From the NCBI GenBank assembly GCA_965208675.1, contig OZ242351.1:2368001-2432000 (forward strand): 64,000 nt of DNA, written 5' to 3'. Each line of letters opens with the position of its first letter. The stretch's first letter is position 1. Of this stretch, positions 40,463 through 51,010 are shown piece after piece. The notes under the pieces are model-generated. The model saw nothing but the letters and a program-made list of their open reading frames with translations. It ran no database searches and was not told the origin of the DNA. The translations under genes were made by a program, and so were the position numbers. This DNA is from Candidatus Poribacteria bacterium. GTDB lineage: Bacteria; Poribacteria; WGA-4E; PCPOR2b.

Positions 40463-42016
40463 TTGAAACAATTTCCCGCCGCATTTTCAATTCTAATAAC
40501 CATAGCTGCCTTAGCTTGTTTCGCGCTGAATCCCCCAACCTACGCATCTGAAAAATCTGAGTTAGAGAGCAAAGTAGATGCCTTACTTAAGGTAGACGAC
40601 TATGACCGAGCCTTCAAATTGGTTGATAGTTTTCTTGAGGAACATGCGGACAACCCAATAGGGTACGCCATGTTGGAGCGGGTGATTACTGCAGGAAGCG
40701 GCTTCCTCAACGCGGCGGACCGAAAGCAAGCGCTCAAAATAATCGATGGTTACATTCAAGAACACCCAGCGAAACCGATTGGGCGCGCCATGATGGTGAG
40801 GGTGCTCGCCGCAGACGGACAAACCGATCGTGCGTACACGGAGTATTATAGATATTTTAAGCTAAGTGAAGCAATCTCACCCCAGTTGCTAATAGAGATT
40901 GTGAGGGGTGCACTCAGCCACAGCGATAATCGTGTAGTTATCGCCGCCGCAGAAACTGCAGAAAATTTAGGTGATACAGGCGCTGTACCCGCTTTAATAA
41001 ATGTTTTCAACGAAATGAGGTATTCCATCTCCGGCTGGGATGTGATGCAGATTATTAGTGTTACAAGTGCATTGGGGTCTTTAGGGGATAAACGTGCTAC
41101 ACCTGCTTTGATAAAGGGCTTCAAGCTTTACACAGGTGATGACGAAAAAAATGTCTATGTTTGGGGACCTGCAGCCAGGGCGTTGGGCAAGTTGGGCGAT
41201 AAAAGCGTTGTTCCTTACCTGATAGAAGCCCTGAATAATGGGAATGTCGAAAATCCACGCAACATCGTGGAAGCGTTGGGAAAATTGGAGGATGGGCGAG
41301 CTAGCTTCATCTTGTACCAAATTCTGAAAGATAGCGAAAGTTATGAACAAGTACGTGCTGCGCTAGCGCTAGCGAGGGTGGGAGACGAGTTTTATAAAGA
41401 ATATGGCGTCAGTGCCTTGATTAAGATTCTCAATGACGACAGTAATAGAGCGCAGCGACGTGCCGCGGGAGCGTTGGTCGAGTTGGGAGATGAGCGCGGC
41501 GTCTCTGTCGTGTTAGATGCTCTCAAGAATAACATCAACGTGTCGCGAGGTAGTGATGCTCAGATACGGTTAGGAGAAAAAGGCGATACGCGCGCCGTTC
41601 CCTATTTGATTGATATTCTCAACAGCCGATATCGCAACGAGGTGCAATGGCAGGTTGCACAGGTGTTGGGAGAGTTAGGGGATAGGCGTGCAGTCCCCGC
41701 ATTAATAAGCGCTCTTAGCAGTGACGGCGGCTTTATTTCCGATAAAAATATGAATCAGATACACATGATGACGAGGTGGGTGGTGCAATTGCACGCTGCA
41801 GAAGCATTGGCGAAGTTGGGTGACGAACGCGGCGTACCTCACTTGATGACCGCCCTCGCGGACGGTAATGACGATGAACGAGGAAATGCCGCAGTCGCAT
41901 TGGCAGAGTTGGGTGAGACAAGCATTGCTCCAAAACTAGTCGAAATCCTCCGCGGCAACGAACGCATTGAACTGAAATTCTGGGCGGCAGAGGCATTGGT
42001 TAAGCTAAGCCGATAA
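40463..42016 (+). CDS. Secreted HEAT/PBS-lyase-like repeat protein
   Basis: Signal peptide; many ALGxLGDxRAVPxLI repeats. Confidence 0.88.
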   Translation: MKQFPAAFSILITIAALACFALNPPTYASEKSELESKVDALLKVDDYDRAFKLVDSFLEEHADNPIGYAMLERVITAGSGFLNAADRKQALKIIDGYIQEHPAKPIGRAMMVRVLAADGQTDRAYTEYYRYFKLSEAISPQLLIEIVRGALSHSDNRVVIAAAETAENLGDTGAVPALINVFNEMRYSISGWDVMQIISVTSALGSLGDKRATPALIKGFKLYTGDDEKNVYVWGPAARALGKLGDKSVVPYLIEALNNGNVENPRNIVEALGKLEDGRASFILYQILKDSESYEQVRAALALARVGDEFYKEYGVSALIKILNDDSNRAQRRAAGALVELGDERGVSVVLDALKNNINVSRGSDAQIRLGEKGDTRAVPYLIDILNSRYRNEVQWQVAQVLGELGDRRAVPALISALSSDGGFISDKNMNQIHMMTRWVVQLHAAEALAKLGDERGVPHLMTALADGNDDERGNAAVALAELGETSIAPKLVEILRGNERIELKFWAAEALVKLSR

Positions 42017-42025
42017 AAAACGGTC

Positions 42026-42113
42026 AGAAACCGAGTTTTTTCAAAAAACTCGGTTTCTCCTGTCCTAACATCCAAAAATCCTCCCCCTTACCAAGGGGGA
42101 GTTAGAGGGGGTT
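42026..42113. repeat. Second copy of the A+B palindromic unit
   Basis: Near-identical to 40249-40281 and 40415-40453. Confidence 0.88.
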
Positions 42114-42119
42114 TTAAAA

Positions 42120-43898
42120 CTACTCACCCCCCTTCTCCACCACAACAATCTCCCGATTCACCTCAAGATTTTCTAACACCTGCACAATCCCGCTTGGCCA
42201 GCGAATCTCAAGGCGGTCAATACGAGTATGATCGCCTAGACCAAAGAGTATCCGCGGATCGTTGCTGCTCAGATAACTCAAGCCGGTGCGCACCTCTTGC
42301 ATCTGCGATTCGGAACCTGCTGTCACCGTCACCCGCGCGCCGATACCGTCGCGATTGCTAATCGTCCCTACCAACTTAATCCGAACCCAGTTGCGCCGAT
42401 TACCACCGTCGTTTCGCAGCAACTCTGCCGGCTGGTTCGACTGCGTCACGACGATGTCGGTGTCTCCGTCGTTGTCATAGTCCCCAAATACCGCCCCGCG
42501 GCTGACGCCTTCGCGGCGGAAATACGGTCCGGTTTCAAATGACACCTCCGTAAAGGTGCCGTCGCCGTTGTTATGAAACAGTTGGTTGCGCTGCGCATAG
42601 GTGAGAACGTCCGTTACTTGGGCGATAGCCTCGATAATATGCCCGTTGGCGATGAAGATGTCGGAGTAACCATCATTGTCGTAATCGAAGAAGCGCGTGC
42701 CGAAACCCACGTATAGGTAGCTCTCCTTTCCCAAGTTCGCCTCGTAAACGATATCAGAAAACGTCCCGTCGCCGTTGTTGCGGTAGAGCGCGTTCGTCTC
42801 ATGTGACAGGTTGGTGACAAAAATATCAAGATTGCCGTCACCGTCGAAATCCCCGGCATCAACCCCCATTCCCGCTTGAGCCACACCGTCGAAGCTAAAG
42901 GCGCAGCCCGCTAGAAGTCCCGTTTCTGTAAACGTGCCATCCCCGTTGTTGTAGAAAAGGAAGTTTGGCGTGTCATCGTTCGCGACATACACATCCGGCT
43001 CGCCGTCATTGTTGAAATCCGCCGCGGCAACACCCAAACCCTTTCCGCTATGCGGACCGCCGATGCCGCCGAATCCCGCTGCTTGAGTGGCATCTGTAAA
43101 CGTTCCGTCCCCATTGTTGCGGTAAAGGCGGTCCGGCGCGCCGTCAAAGTTTTTCGGGTGGCAGTGCGTACGGATGCCGTGAACTCCGCAGGGACGATAG
43201 TTAATGTTCAGCGAATAAAGCACATAATTGGCGACGTATAGGTCGAGATAACTGTCGCGGTCATAATCAAAAAAGGTTGCGCTAGTGCCCCACAGCGCGT
43301 CTCCCACGCCCGCAGCCTCGGTGACGTCCGTAAACGTACCGTCTCCATTGTTTCGATAGAACACATTTGCGCCGAAATTCGTCACGTAAAGGTCGGGATC
43401 GCTGTCGTTGTCGTAATCGCCGCACGCAGCGCCCATCCCGTAATTGCCGGAGTTTCCCACCCCAGCCGCGTCGGTCACGTCCGTGAACGTCCCGTCGCCG
43501 TTGTTACGGTAAAGGATGCTAGTATACGTACCGTCCGAGTCGGTGCCGGTTAAGTCCCCGCTGTTCACCAGATATAGGTCCAGGTCGCCGTCAGTATCGT
43601 AGTCAAAGAATGCCCCGCCGGAACCGATTGTCTCGGGCAAATGGTAGTCGCCCTTAGCGCCGTTCACATGCCGAAAACGGATTCCCGCTTCAGCGGTGAC
43701 ATCAACGAACTGGATTTCGTGATTGTCCGCGTTAAGGCTGGCGCATTGCAGCAAAAGTATAAAGAACGAATACAGCGTAATGTACGTCTTCAACCGCCTG
43801 TATGATGGCCACAACTTTCCGCCATTTTTAGAAATCGCGCAAACTTCGTTGCCCCAATGACACTGAATTGACATGGACGGGATAACCTCTTTCTTCAC
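42120..43898 (-). CDS. CRTAC1-family FG-GAP/VCBS repeat + ASPIC/UnbV protein
   Basis: Repeated DYDNDGDxD and RNNGDGTFTDVT; C-terminal NRDGIGARV...FGLG...IRWPSG. Confidence 0.92.
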   Translation of the reverse strand: MKKEVIPSMSIQCHWGNEVCAISKNGGKLWPSYRRLKTYITLYSFFILLLQCASLNADNHEIQFVDVTAEAGIRFRHVNGAKGDYHLPETIGSGGAFFDYDTDGDLDLYLVNSGDLTGTDSDGTYTSILYRNNGDGTFTDVTDAAGVGNSGNYGMGAACGDYDNDSDPDLYVTNFGANVFYRNNGDGTFTDVTEAAGVGDALWGTSATFFDYDRDSYLDLYVANYVLYSLNINYRPCGVHGIRTHCHPKNFDGAPDRLYRNNGDGTFTDATQAAGFGGIGGPHSGKGLGVAAADFNNDGEPDVYVANDDTPNFLFYNNGDGTFTETGLLAGCAFSFDGVAQAGMGVDAGDFDGDGNLDIFVTNLSHETNALYRNNGDGTFSDIVYEANLGKESYLYVGFGTRFFDYDNDGYSDIFIANGHIIEAIAQVTDVLTYAQRNQLFHNNGDGTFTEVSFETGPYFRREGVSRGAVFGDYDNDGDTDIVVTQSNQPAELLRNDGGNRRNWVRIKLVGTISNRDGIGARVTVTAGSESQMQEVRTGLSYLSSNDPRILFGLGDHTRIDRLEIRWPSGIVQVLENLEVNREIVVVEKGGE

Positions 43899-43950
43899 TC
43901 CGAACCCGTATTCTTCCGACTCACCTAGTTACTTTATCACTTCCTGCCCG

Positions 43951-45084
43951 TTATTCTTTTTGGGACTTGAGCTGCTGATAGGTGTGAAACGCTTCTTCCG
44001 CTTTCGCGGTGTAACCCGCGCGTTTGTAGATTTGCGCCAGATTTAGGTGGAAGGCAGGCTCGGATGGACTCAACTGGACCGCTGCTTCTAGTTGCTCAAT
44101 TGCCTTGGGATAGTTCCCTATCGTCATATAAACCGTGCCGAGGCTGTTTCGATACTGCGGAATATCGGGGTGCCGCTTAACGACATCCTCATATATCTGC
44201 ATCGCTTTCCGATAGGCTTTTAGTTGGAAATATAGGTAACCGAGCGCATCATATCCCCGCGCTTCATTGGGTCTGAGTGTGATGCACTTCCTGAACGCAC
44301 CCGCGGCGGTTTCCCAGTGGCGCCGCGCCAATTGAAGCCGTCCCAACTGATACCATGCCTCAACATCCGTATCGTCGTGGCGAACCGCACGCTCAAGGCG
44401 CGCTATCTGTTCCTCATCATTGCTAAGCCTTGCAAACGTCTCTAACGCCTTGCGGCTGTTTTCAGCCTGCCCCATTCGGCGATAACAGTTCCCGAGGTTC
44501 AGGTACGCCTTCGCGTAGAAGGGGTCTAGTTCGATAATCTTTTTGAAGTGCAAACTCGCAGCCTCGTTTTCGCCGCTTCGAAAGCGCGCCAGTCCAAGTG
44601 TATATAAGGCGTCGGTACTGGAAGGATCCAGTTCAACAGCGTGCTGCAGCTCACGGATTGCTTCTTCGACGCGGTTCTGGCGAAAGTAAGCTGTGCCCAA
44701 AAGCGAACGCACCTGGGCATGGTGGGGGTCCATCTGAAGGGCACGCTCAAGCGGTTCAACTGCCTCGTTCACGCGCGCCAGTTCTACAAGGTAAGTCTCA
44801 CCCATTCTGCAGTAGGCTTCAATATAAGCCGGGGCTGCTGCCGTAGCGTTTTGGAATGCAGCCAACGCCTTGATCCATCCGTCCCGTGCACCGTAAAGTA
44901 TGCCTAGATAATAGTGCGCGTCCGCCAATGATGAATCGAGTCTGATCGCTCGATTCAGCGATTTAAGCGCCTGTTGATGCTCCTGGCGGAAAGCCGCGCG
45001 CAAGCCCTCGTCGTAGGCGCGCGCTGCTTGCTCATCGCCAGCATCTACCGACATTGCGACCAGTAAACCCAATGAAATCATCAT
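43951..45084 (-). CDS. Secreted TPR-repeat protein (partner of the CRTAC1-family gene)
   Basis: About 10 TPRs; start placed at the MMISLG signal peptide. Confidence 0.85.
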   Translation of the reverse strand: MMISLGLLVAMSVDAGDEQAARAYDEGLRAAFRQEHQQALKSLNRAIRLDSSLADAHYYLGILYGARDGWIKALAAFQNATAAAPAYIEAYCRMGETYLVELARVNEAVEPLERALQMDPHHAQVRSLLGTAYFRQNRVEEAIRELQHAVELDPSSTDALYTLGLARFRSGENEAASLHFKKIIELDPFYAKAYLNLGNCYRRMGQAENSRKALETFARLSNDEEQIARLERAVRHDDTDVEAWYQLGRLQLARRHWETAAGAFRKCITLRPNEARGYDALGYLYFQLKAYRKAMQIYEDVVKRHPDIPQYRNSLGTVYMTIGNYPKAIEQLEAAVQLSPSEPAFHLNLAQIYKRAGYTAKAEEAFHTYQQLKSQKE

Positions 45085-45141
45085 CCCAATAACACTCGGC
45101 TGTAAGTGCGTATACTCAATTGCTCTCTTGCTTTTACTAAT

Positions 45142-45166
45142 CACTCTCCACTCTCCACTCTCCACT
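45142..45166. repeat. Heptamer tandem repeat (CACTCTC)x3
   Basis: Direct reading. Confidence 0.75.
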
Positions 45167-45383
45167 AATTACTGCTTCTATCACCCTCCACTTACCACTA
45201 TTCCTATCGCTCTCCACCGTGTTTCCGCCCGCAAAAAGTATAGATTGAATTCAGAATATATTGCAAGGGAAAACCTGTCCTGCTGCCAAATGCCAAACCC
45301 GACACTGAAGCTAGCGTATAGTCATGCTTGACACGATTGCGCCGCTTCGACATAATTACTGTGAACACAAATGTCCGCACGGT

Positions 45384-45483
45384 GTAGGTTGGGTTTTACT
45401 GTAGGAGAGGCATCTAAAACTATCGCACTCCCTATTCGGTCGCTTGATTCTCGACAATCGGGAGAAGGATCTCCCTCCCACAG
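45384..45483. repeat. Degenerate GTAG-type REP-like elements
   Basis: GTAGGTTGGG fragment and GTAGGAGAGG...CTCCCTCCCAC. Confidence 0.5.
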
Positions 45484-45687
45484 CGTGGCTCCGTGCGAAT
45501 TTCTAGACTTGTGGGTAATAGTAAACCTGATAAGGGATCAACTGGGCGAATAGTGAAGGATCAACCGAATGAATAGTGAGGGCGATAGTTCTGGGGTCAC
45601 TGCCGAGATCCCTTTTAAATCGAATTACTATATGCAATTTCTAGTTGCAACGACTATAAATGGCATTTGTACGCATAGTGAGGACGC

Positions 45688-46173
45688 ATGAAAAAGGTAT
45701 GCGGTTGGCTCCTATTTGTGGCGTTCGTCGCCGCCGTCGGGATAGGCATCAGACTGCGCTGCGATTACAAAGCGCCGGGACACGTCGTTCTGGGTGTGGT
45801 CGATGGCGACACAATAAAGATTCGATACGGCGGGGTAGAAGAATCGGTACGGCTCCTCGGCGTCGACACGCCGGAGACGGTACACCCGGACATACCGCCG
45901 GAGCCTTACGGCGCAGAGGCTACGGCGTTTACGAAGCGGCTTCTGCAGGGAGAAAAGGTCGTCCTCCGCTTTGGGCGTAAGCAGCGTGATCGGTACGGGC
46001 GCCTGCTTGCATTTGTCTATCGTACGTCCGATAATCAGCTCGTCAATCTCGAAATCATACGGTGCGGATTCGGGCGTGTATACGGTGTCGACTTTCCTAA
46101 ACGCGGGCAATTCATCAAAGCGCAACGAGAAGCTCAAGCCGCGAAAAAGGGGATATGGGGATCAAGCGACTGA
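45688..46173 (+). CDS. Thermonuclease (SNase-like) family protein
   Basis: VVDGDTI, VRLLGVDTPE, DRYGRLLAFV, AQAAKKGIW. Confidence 0.93.
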   Translation: MKKVCGWLLFVAFVAAVGIGIRLRCDYKAPGHVVLGVVDGDTIKIRYGGVEESVRLLGVDTPETVHPDIPPEPYGAEATAFTKRLLQGEKVVLRFGRKQRDRYGRLLAFVYRTSDNQLVNLEIIRCGFGRVYGVDFPKRGQFIKAQREAQAAKKGIWGSSD

Positions 46174-46403
46174 TCAGGGAGCGATCAAAGGAGCGAACAG
46201 CGACTGCGATAGGTTTTTAGCATCTTCTCTCGCCTTCGCGGTAACTCAACTCTTTTGAAACCTCCCGACATCAGACAGGCATTCGGTGTCGTTATGTTTT
46301 CCCCAACTGCCAAGAGCGCTTTTTTGCCTTTACTGGCATCTGTCCGCAAGCCACTGGTCACTGGCCGTAATCTACCACTACAGAACAAGGAACAACGACT
46401 GAG

Positions 46404-47171
46404 ATGCAACTGGTTTGGCAGATTCCCTTAATTTTAATCGCCGGAATCACTGCAGGCTTCATTAACGTTATGGCAGGCGGCGGTTCGTTACTTACGCTAC
46501 CCATGCTAATCTTCCTCGGCTTGCCCGCCGCGAAAGCGAACGGCACCAATCGAATAGCTATCGCCATTCAGTGTGCAAGCGGCGTCGCGGGATTTCATCG
46601 CAAAGGGTTTTCCGACTTTCGCTTTAGCGCATTGCTGGTGCTGCCAGCAACCGCTGGCGCCTTAATCGGGGCGAATATCGCGGTTGACATGCCGGACGTT
46701 ATATTCAAAAGGGTGTTGGCGGCAATCATGGTAGGGGTGTTGGGTTTAATACTCTTCAGTTCGGCGAGACAATTGCAAGGCGAACGTGTGATTCCGCGCG
46801 TAAGTTGGAACCGCAAGATTGCCGCAATGGTTGTTTACTTTTTTATTGGTATTTACGGCGGTTTTATCCAAGCGGGCGTGGGTTTTATGATCATTGCTGC
46901 ACTGACATCAATAAACGGTTATGACCTCGTGCGTGCAAATGCGATTAAGCTGTTTGTCAGCATCTTTTACAACGTTGTTGCGCTTGGGGTCTTCATTAAG
47001 AGCGGCAATGCCGATCTGTTTTTTGGGTTAACACTTGCGCTTGGTAACGCCACTGGCGCCTGGTTCGGCAGCCATTGGGCGGTTGACAGAGGAGAAAAAT
47101 GGATTAAAGTTGTGCTTGTTGTCACCTCGTTGGCTTTTGCAATTCGCCTCGTCTGGCAAACCTTTGAGTAG
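46404..47171 (+). CDS. Sulfite exporter TauE/SafE family permease
   Basis: GFINVMAGGGSLLTLP, ANGTNR, GIYGGFIQAGVG. Confidence 0.92.
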   Translation: MQLVWQIPLILIAGITAGFINVMAGGGSLLTLPMLIFLGLPAAKANGTNRIAIAIQCASGVAGFHRKGFSDFRFSALLVLPATAGALIGANIAVDMPDVIFKRVLAAIMVGVLGLILFSSARQLQGERVIPRVSWNRKIAAMVVYFFIGIYGGFIQAGVGFMIIAALTSINGYDLVRANAIKLFVSIFYNVVALGVFIKSGNADLFFGLTLALGNATGAWFGSHWAVDRGEKWIKVVLVVTSLAFAIRLVWQTFE

Positions 47172-47386
47172 CCGAATGACCGTAACCAACTGATTCGCTG
47201 CCGCTGGTCGCCGCTTTTGAATTTTGGTGAAGCGATTATTTGAGTAACGGGACTAGCCCGAATACCCCGGTATGCGGCAACTCCTATACTTCCAATGCTA
47301 AAACAATTGCCCTCGACATTTGACCGAATCCCTTTTTATTGCTTGCCGCCATCGCTAAATCAGACCACACATGACAGAAGTCTTTT

Positions 47387-47634
47387 GTAGGTTGGGTTAA
47401 GCGGTGATGACGAAAGAGAGTTTATGCGGTGCGTGCGTTTCGAGGTTAGAAAGCGTTAGAAATTTTGATAAATGGTAGCGAACCCAACGCTTTAGGATAT
47501 TGGGGAACGTATGATTTATCGGAAGCGATACGCTCAAGACTATAGTCTTCACAATTCGCTCAGTGAATCGTTGGGTTTCGCGCTATCATCGTAATCTTCA
47601 CTGGAGATAAGAACTATCGCACTACCCAACCTAC
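47387..47634. repeat. REPIN-like doublet of long GTAG-REP arms (copy 1)
   Basis: GTAGGTTGGG...ACCCAAC followed by GTTGGG...CCCAACCTAC. Confidence 0.85.
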
Positions 47635-47869
47635 AGATACTTACATACAAAGTTTCAAGATCCTTAAACCGAATGCATCCCACGCTCATGTCGCTATGTT
47701 TGCGCCGAGAATACCGCCGCTTAGGTTTCCGCTTTACAACGCGGTGAAATTGTGGCTACAATCTCATATAGAATTAAATTTTGCACACGTCGGGGCTATC
47801 GCATTTGCTCATTGTAAAATCCTACCTGTAACCTATTGTCGGTCTGAAGGAAGGGGGTAAGTTCAAGCA

Positions 47870-48325
47870 ATGTATTTTGTTCAATACGGTCCGCTCAAAG
47901 AAAAATTGAGCAACAGATCCCTCAGAGATGACGAGGCACTGCCCTATTTGATTCTTGAAAGCGTGGTTTTAACAATCTTTTCACTAGATATATCATCGGA
48001 TGGATTGGACGCGTTCGAAATGGCAACAGTATGTCTGAGCGTTATTATCGTAATCGGGGGCCTGTATCATGTGTATGAGCAGAATGGCGGGAGAGAAGGT
48101 TACGATTTCGTCCAAAAGTATTTCATTCTGGGTTGGATAGTAGGCGTTCGAATTTTCCTAGCCTTTATTCCAGTATTCATTGTGTCTTTCGTCGTTGCCG
48201 TAAATTTGTCGCGTGCAGGTGGGGACCTGTTGGGTGTTATTTTGTACGCCATATATGATATTGTCTATTTTCAACGCCTCGGAAGGCACATCCGAGACAC
48301 GACAGGCGTTGCCACGGCAGATTGA
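47870..48325 (+). CDS. Hypothetical membrane protein (4 TM)
   Basis: 151-aa ORF with hydrophobic helices and a purine-rich upstream region. Confidence 0.7.
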   Translation: MYFVQYGPLKEKLSNRSLRDDEALPYLILESVVLTIFSLDISSDGLDAFEMATVCLSVIIVIGGLYHVYEQNGGREGYDFVQKYFILGWIVGVRIFLAFIPVFIVSFVVAVNLSRAGGDLLGVILYAIYDIVYFQRLGRHIRDTTGVATAD

Positions 48326-48668
48326 CCACAATAAATTGCTGCCCGGTCGCGACGCGGCTGTCTGCTTGCACGGAGCGCTGTCGTCGGGCGGATTCGCCGC
48401 ATACGAGAGGATAACAAAGATTTGGACCCATTCGGAACATTTCCCTGTATCGCGGCGCAGCGGGTATGATTCGGGAGGCGGGGATTAACTTTCAATCGCA
48501 AAAGAAAGCCCTAATAAACCAACACATACGGCTTAATCGCAGGATTTACACTTAGCGCTCAAACCCGGCCGAAGATGTATCTCCTTTACCGTCTTGAGGT
48601 GTTTTAGAGCCGGAACCGGCTTGTCGTTTATCTGAAGACTGGCGTCACTCGCCGCTAATGCAGCTTTT

Positions 48669-48770
48669 GTAGGTTGGGTTAAGCGGTGATGACGAAAGAG
48701 AGTTAATGCGCTGCATGCGTTTCGATGTTAGAAAGCATTTGACATTTTGATAAGAGGTAGCGAACCCAAC
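48669..48770. repeat. Single long REP arm (copy 2)
   Basis: Closely similar to 47387-47488 along its whole length. Confidence 0.88.
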
Positions 48771-49054
48771 GCTTTTGAAAACTCCGAACGTTAGCGAAAA
48801 ATGCGTTTTGCTGAGTTTTAACCAAGCAAAAAAGCGTTACATTCGTTTTATCAGTATTCGCCGGTTGGGGGAAGGAATCCAACAACGACCGCGATAGTTT
48901 TTTAGCTCTTGCTAGGGGCTTTGGTCGAATGAACCCCAAATCAAATCCACATTTTCATCGTAAAGATTCGCGCTCGGGGTCCTAGAATTTCTCGGTACCG
49001 GGCCTTGCAAACGATAAAGACCAAGTACAACGGCTCCGCTCATTAACATATACC

Positions 49055-49306
49055 CTATCGCTCCTGCTGTTCTAAAAGGCGGTTTAATTTTTCATCTAGA
49101 GTGTCGAGCTTCTTGTTTCGGGCGGCGGTGCTGGACCAGAATACAAAGGCCCAATTGATAGAAGACCAAACGCCTATCATTACAATTACCGCTAATCCAG
49201 ACGTGCGCATAGTGGATGAGTGGAAATACGCCACAACGTTGTACACAAAAAGAAAACCCAGGAACACACCAATACCTACACAAACACTCCGAATATTTCG
49301 TTTCAC
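49055..49306 (-). CDS. Small 2-TM hypothetical protein
   Basis: AAGGAG SD, two TM helices, coiled-coil tail. Confidence 0.6.
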   Translation of the reverse strand: MKRNIRSVCVGIGVFLGFLFVYNVVAYFHSSTMRTSGLAVIVMIGVWSSINWAFVFWSSTAARNKKLDTLDEKLNRLLEQQER

Positions 49307-49482
49307 AGATTGGCTCCTTTCATTTCGTGGCGGGCAGGATTGAGGTTTTGACTGCTATGCTGTTTTCCATGAGAGACTACGGAGATATTAAAGCACGACA
49401 GCAGTTGCCGTCAACATGTCTTCGTGTTTCAGTCGGGGAATTGGAATGCGTAATCAGGTACAGGAAAAACGTTTGACGATAC

Positions 49483-49686
49483 TCACTTTGCCTCCTCGTG
49501 GTCTTTCCGCGCCTCAGTGTCTTGCTCTCGCAGACGAGATTCCAGGTCTCCCAACTCTTTCTTGAGCATGTCCTCCGTTACGAGCCCTTTTCGAATTTTG
49601 CGGACGAATGGTCTAATGACCATGAGGTCAAGTAACAAATAGCCCGCCACTATAAAGCCCAAATACCAAAAAAAATCCCAATCCAT
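49483..49686 (-). CDS. Small single-TM hypothetical protein
   Basis: MDWDFFWYLG..., basic stretch, helical tail. Confidence 0.55.
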   Translation of the reverse strand: MDWDFFWYLGFIVAGYLLLDLMVIRPFVRKIRKGLVTEDMLKKELGDLESRLREQDTEARKDHEEAK

Positions 49687-49693
49687 GTTATCA

Positions 49694-49903
49694 CTATTTC
49701 CTTCGCCCCATATATACAATGCCGTGATGCACTAACAAACCCACCCCGCACAGCAGCCCAACCACGGCTAACCAACGCCCAAAAACATTCATCGGCTCGT
49801 CGTACTGCCAGCTTTCAACACGAAACAACTGATACAAAAGCACAAATGTGTTGACCGCCGTGGCGACCACCGCCGCATAAATAGAATCAAACGTGTCTTT
49901 CAT
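49694..49903 (-). CDS. Small 2-TM hypothetical protein
   Basis: Two hydrophobic helices; co-oriented with its neighbours. Confidence 0.5.
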   Translation of the reverse strand: MKDTFDSIYAAVVATAVNTFVLLYQLFRVESWQYDEPMNVFGRWLAVVGLLCGVGLLVHHGIVYMGRRK

Positions 49904-50007
49904 TGGTCTGTTTTATACCAAAAAATTCACAAGCCAAAATTCGCTATTACAAGATAAGAAAATCAGGAAAACCATTCCTCTACAATGAGGACGTGATTAC
50001 GACATGG

Positions 50008-50424
50008 TTACTCATTAGCATTTGCACTGGGTTGTTTGTCTTTTATGGCAGCCTCCAGTCTGGCTAGAAGGTTGGCGGTGTCCTTAAGAGTCTCTTCAAG
50101 CTGTTGGCCTGCTTCCTTGAGCCCGTCGGCGCTGATGCCGACGGATTCAAGCTGTTTTATCATGTCTTCATTCATTCTAACGCTAGACTCACCCATAGAA
50201 ACCACTTTGGCAGTCATGTCGCGCAATTCGATTAATTCTGCGAGAGACTCGCCCGCAAATGGGACCTCGGAAACTTCCTTCGGATTACTTGCACTGCAGC
50301 CAACAATCATTACAACCGCAACGATTATAGCTGGAATGACATTAAGCAATGCAGAATTCCCTAGGAGAATTCGCATCGTCCTGTTTGTTGTGCTAAATGC
50401 GGTTTTACGGTTGGTCATGGACAC
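50008..50424 (-). CDS. Putative lipoprotein, helical
   Basis: AAGGAGG SD; hydrophobic stretch ending in lipobox-like IVGC. Confidence 0.65.
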   Translation of the reverse strand: MSMTNRKTAFSTTNRTMRILLGNSALLNVIPAIIVAVVMIVGCSASNPKEVSEVPFAGESLAELIELRDMTAKVVSMGESSVRMNEDMIKQLESVGISADGLKEAGQQLEETLKDTANLLARLEAAIKDKQPSANANE

Positions 50425-50618
50425 GACCTCCTTATTCTATCCGTAACTGGATTTTGTCAGTTGAATCTCTGGTTTCCTCTACAGGGCACCCTTTCTCAGT
50501 CCGAATACACCGTGCGGGCAACGGTCAACCGCAAAGGAATGATGCTGATTGGGTGTAGAGATACGTCAATATCGACGACAGAATTACCGAAAATTTCCAA
50601 TATGGCACTGAATGTAAA

Positions 50619-50647
50619 ATCGTATCACGCAATCCAGAACGTGTCAA
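50619..50647 (-). promoter_or_regulatory. sigma70-type promoter about 190 nt upstream of the lipoprotein gene
   Basis: TTGACA-17 nt-TACGAT with extended TG on the minus strand. Confidence 0.6.
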
Positions 50648-50835
50648 GTTATTGCAGGGTTGGACGTGCAATCAACAGAGCAGGGGGATTAAGGGCACCA
50701 TCGGCGACTGCGATGGAAATTCCATGGGCATCGTGCGCAATCCAAACGCGAATAACTTGAAAAAAGGGTTGCGAAAGCGCAAGTTGCAATGGTACATTTT
50801 AACAATTGGGAAATTGTAACTTTACAGATTCTCAA

Positions 50836-50981
50836 AAATTTCATAGTTTTCATAGTTTCGCGCCGTTCCGATGCAGATTGGATGCGGCGCGGAAACGGGC
50901 GGCAGTCCAGTCGTGGTCAGATCTCCGCGCGGTTTTTATCGGTTCGGACGCGGCACCCTACTATAAAAACTATGAAAATTT
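50836..50981. repeat. Long inverted repeat / hairpin upstream of the 51011 gene
   Basis: AAATTTCATAGTTTTCATAGT ... ACTATAAAAACTATGAAAATTT, with inner partial pairing. Confidence 0.7.
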
Positions 50982-51010
50982 CAAACCTTACTAAAATATG
51001 AGGTGAAACA

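Noticed and set aside
45085-45165. N-terminal extension MESGEWRV of the TPR gene
   Set aside because: It derives from the heptamer repeat; the signal peptide starts at 45084.
48326-48415. Integron attC site after the 47870 gene
   Set aside because: Only a vague resemblance; no proper RYYYAAC/GTTRRRY pair, and the recombinase is Cre-like rather than IntI.
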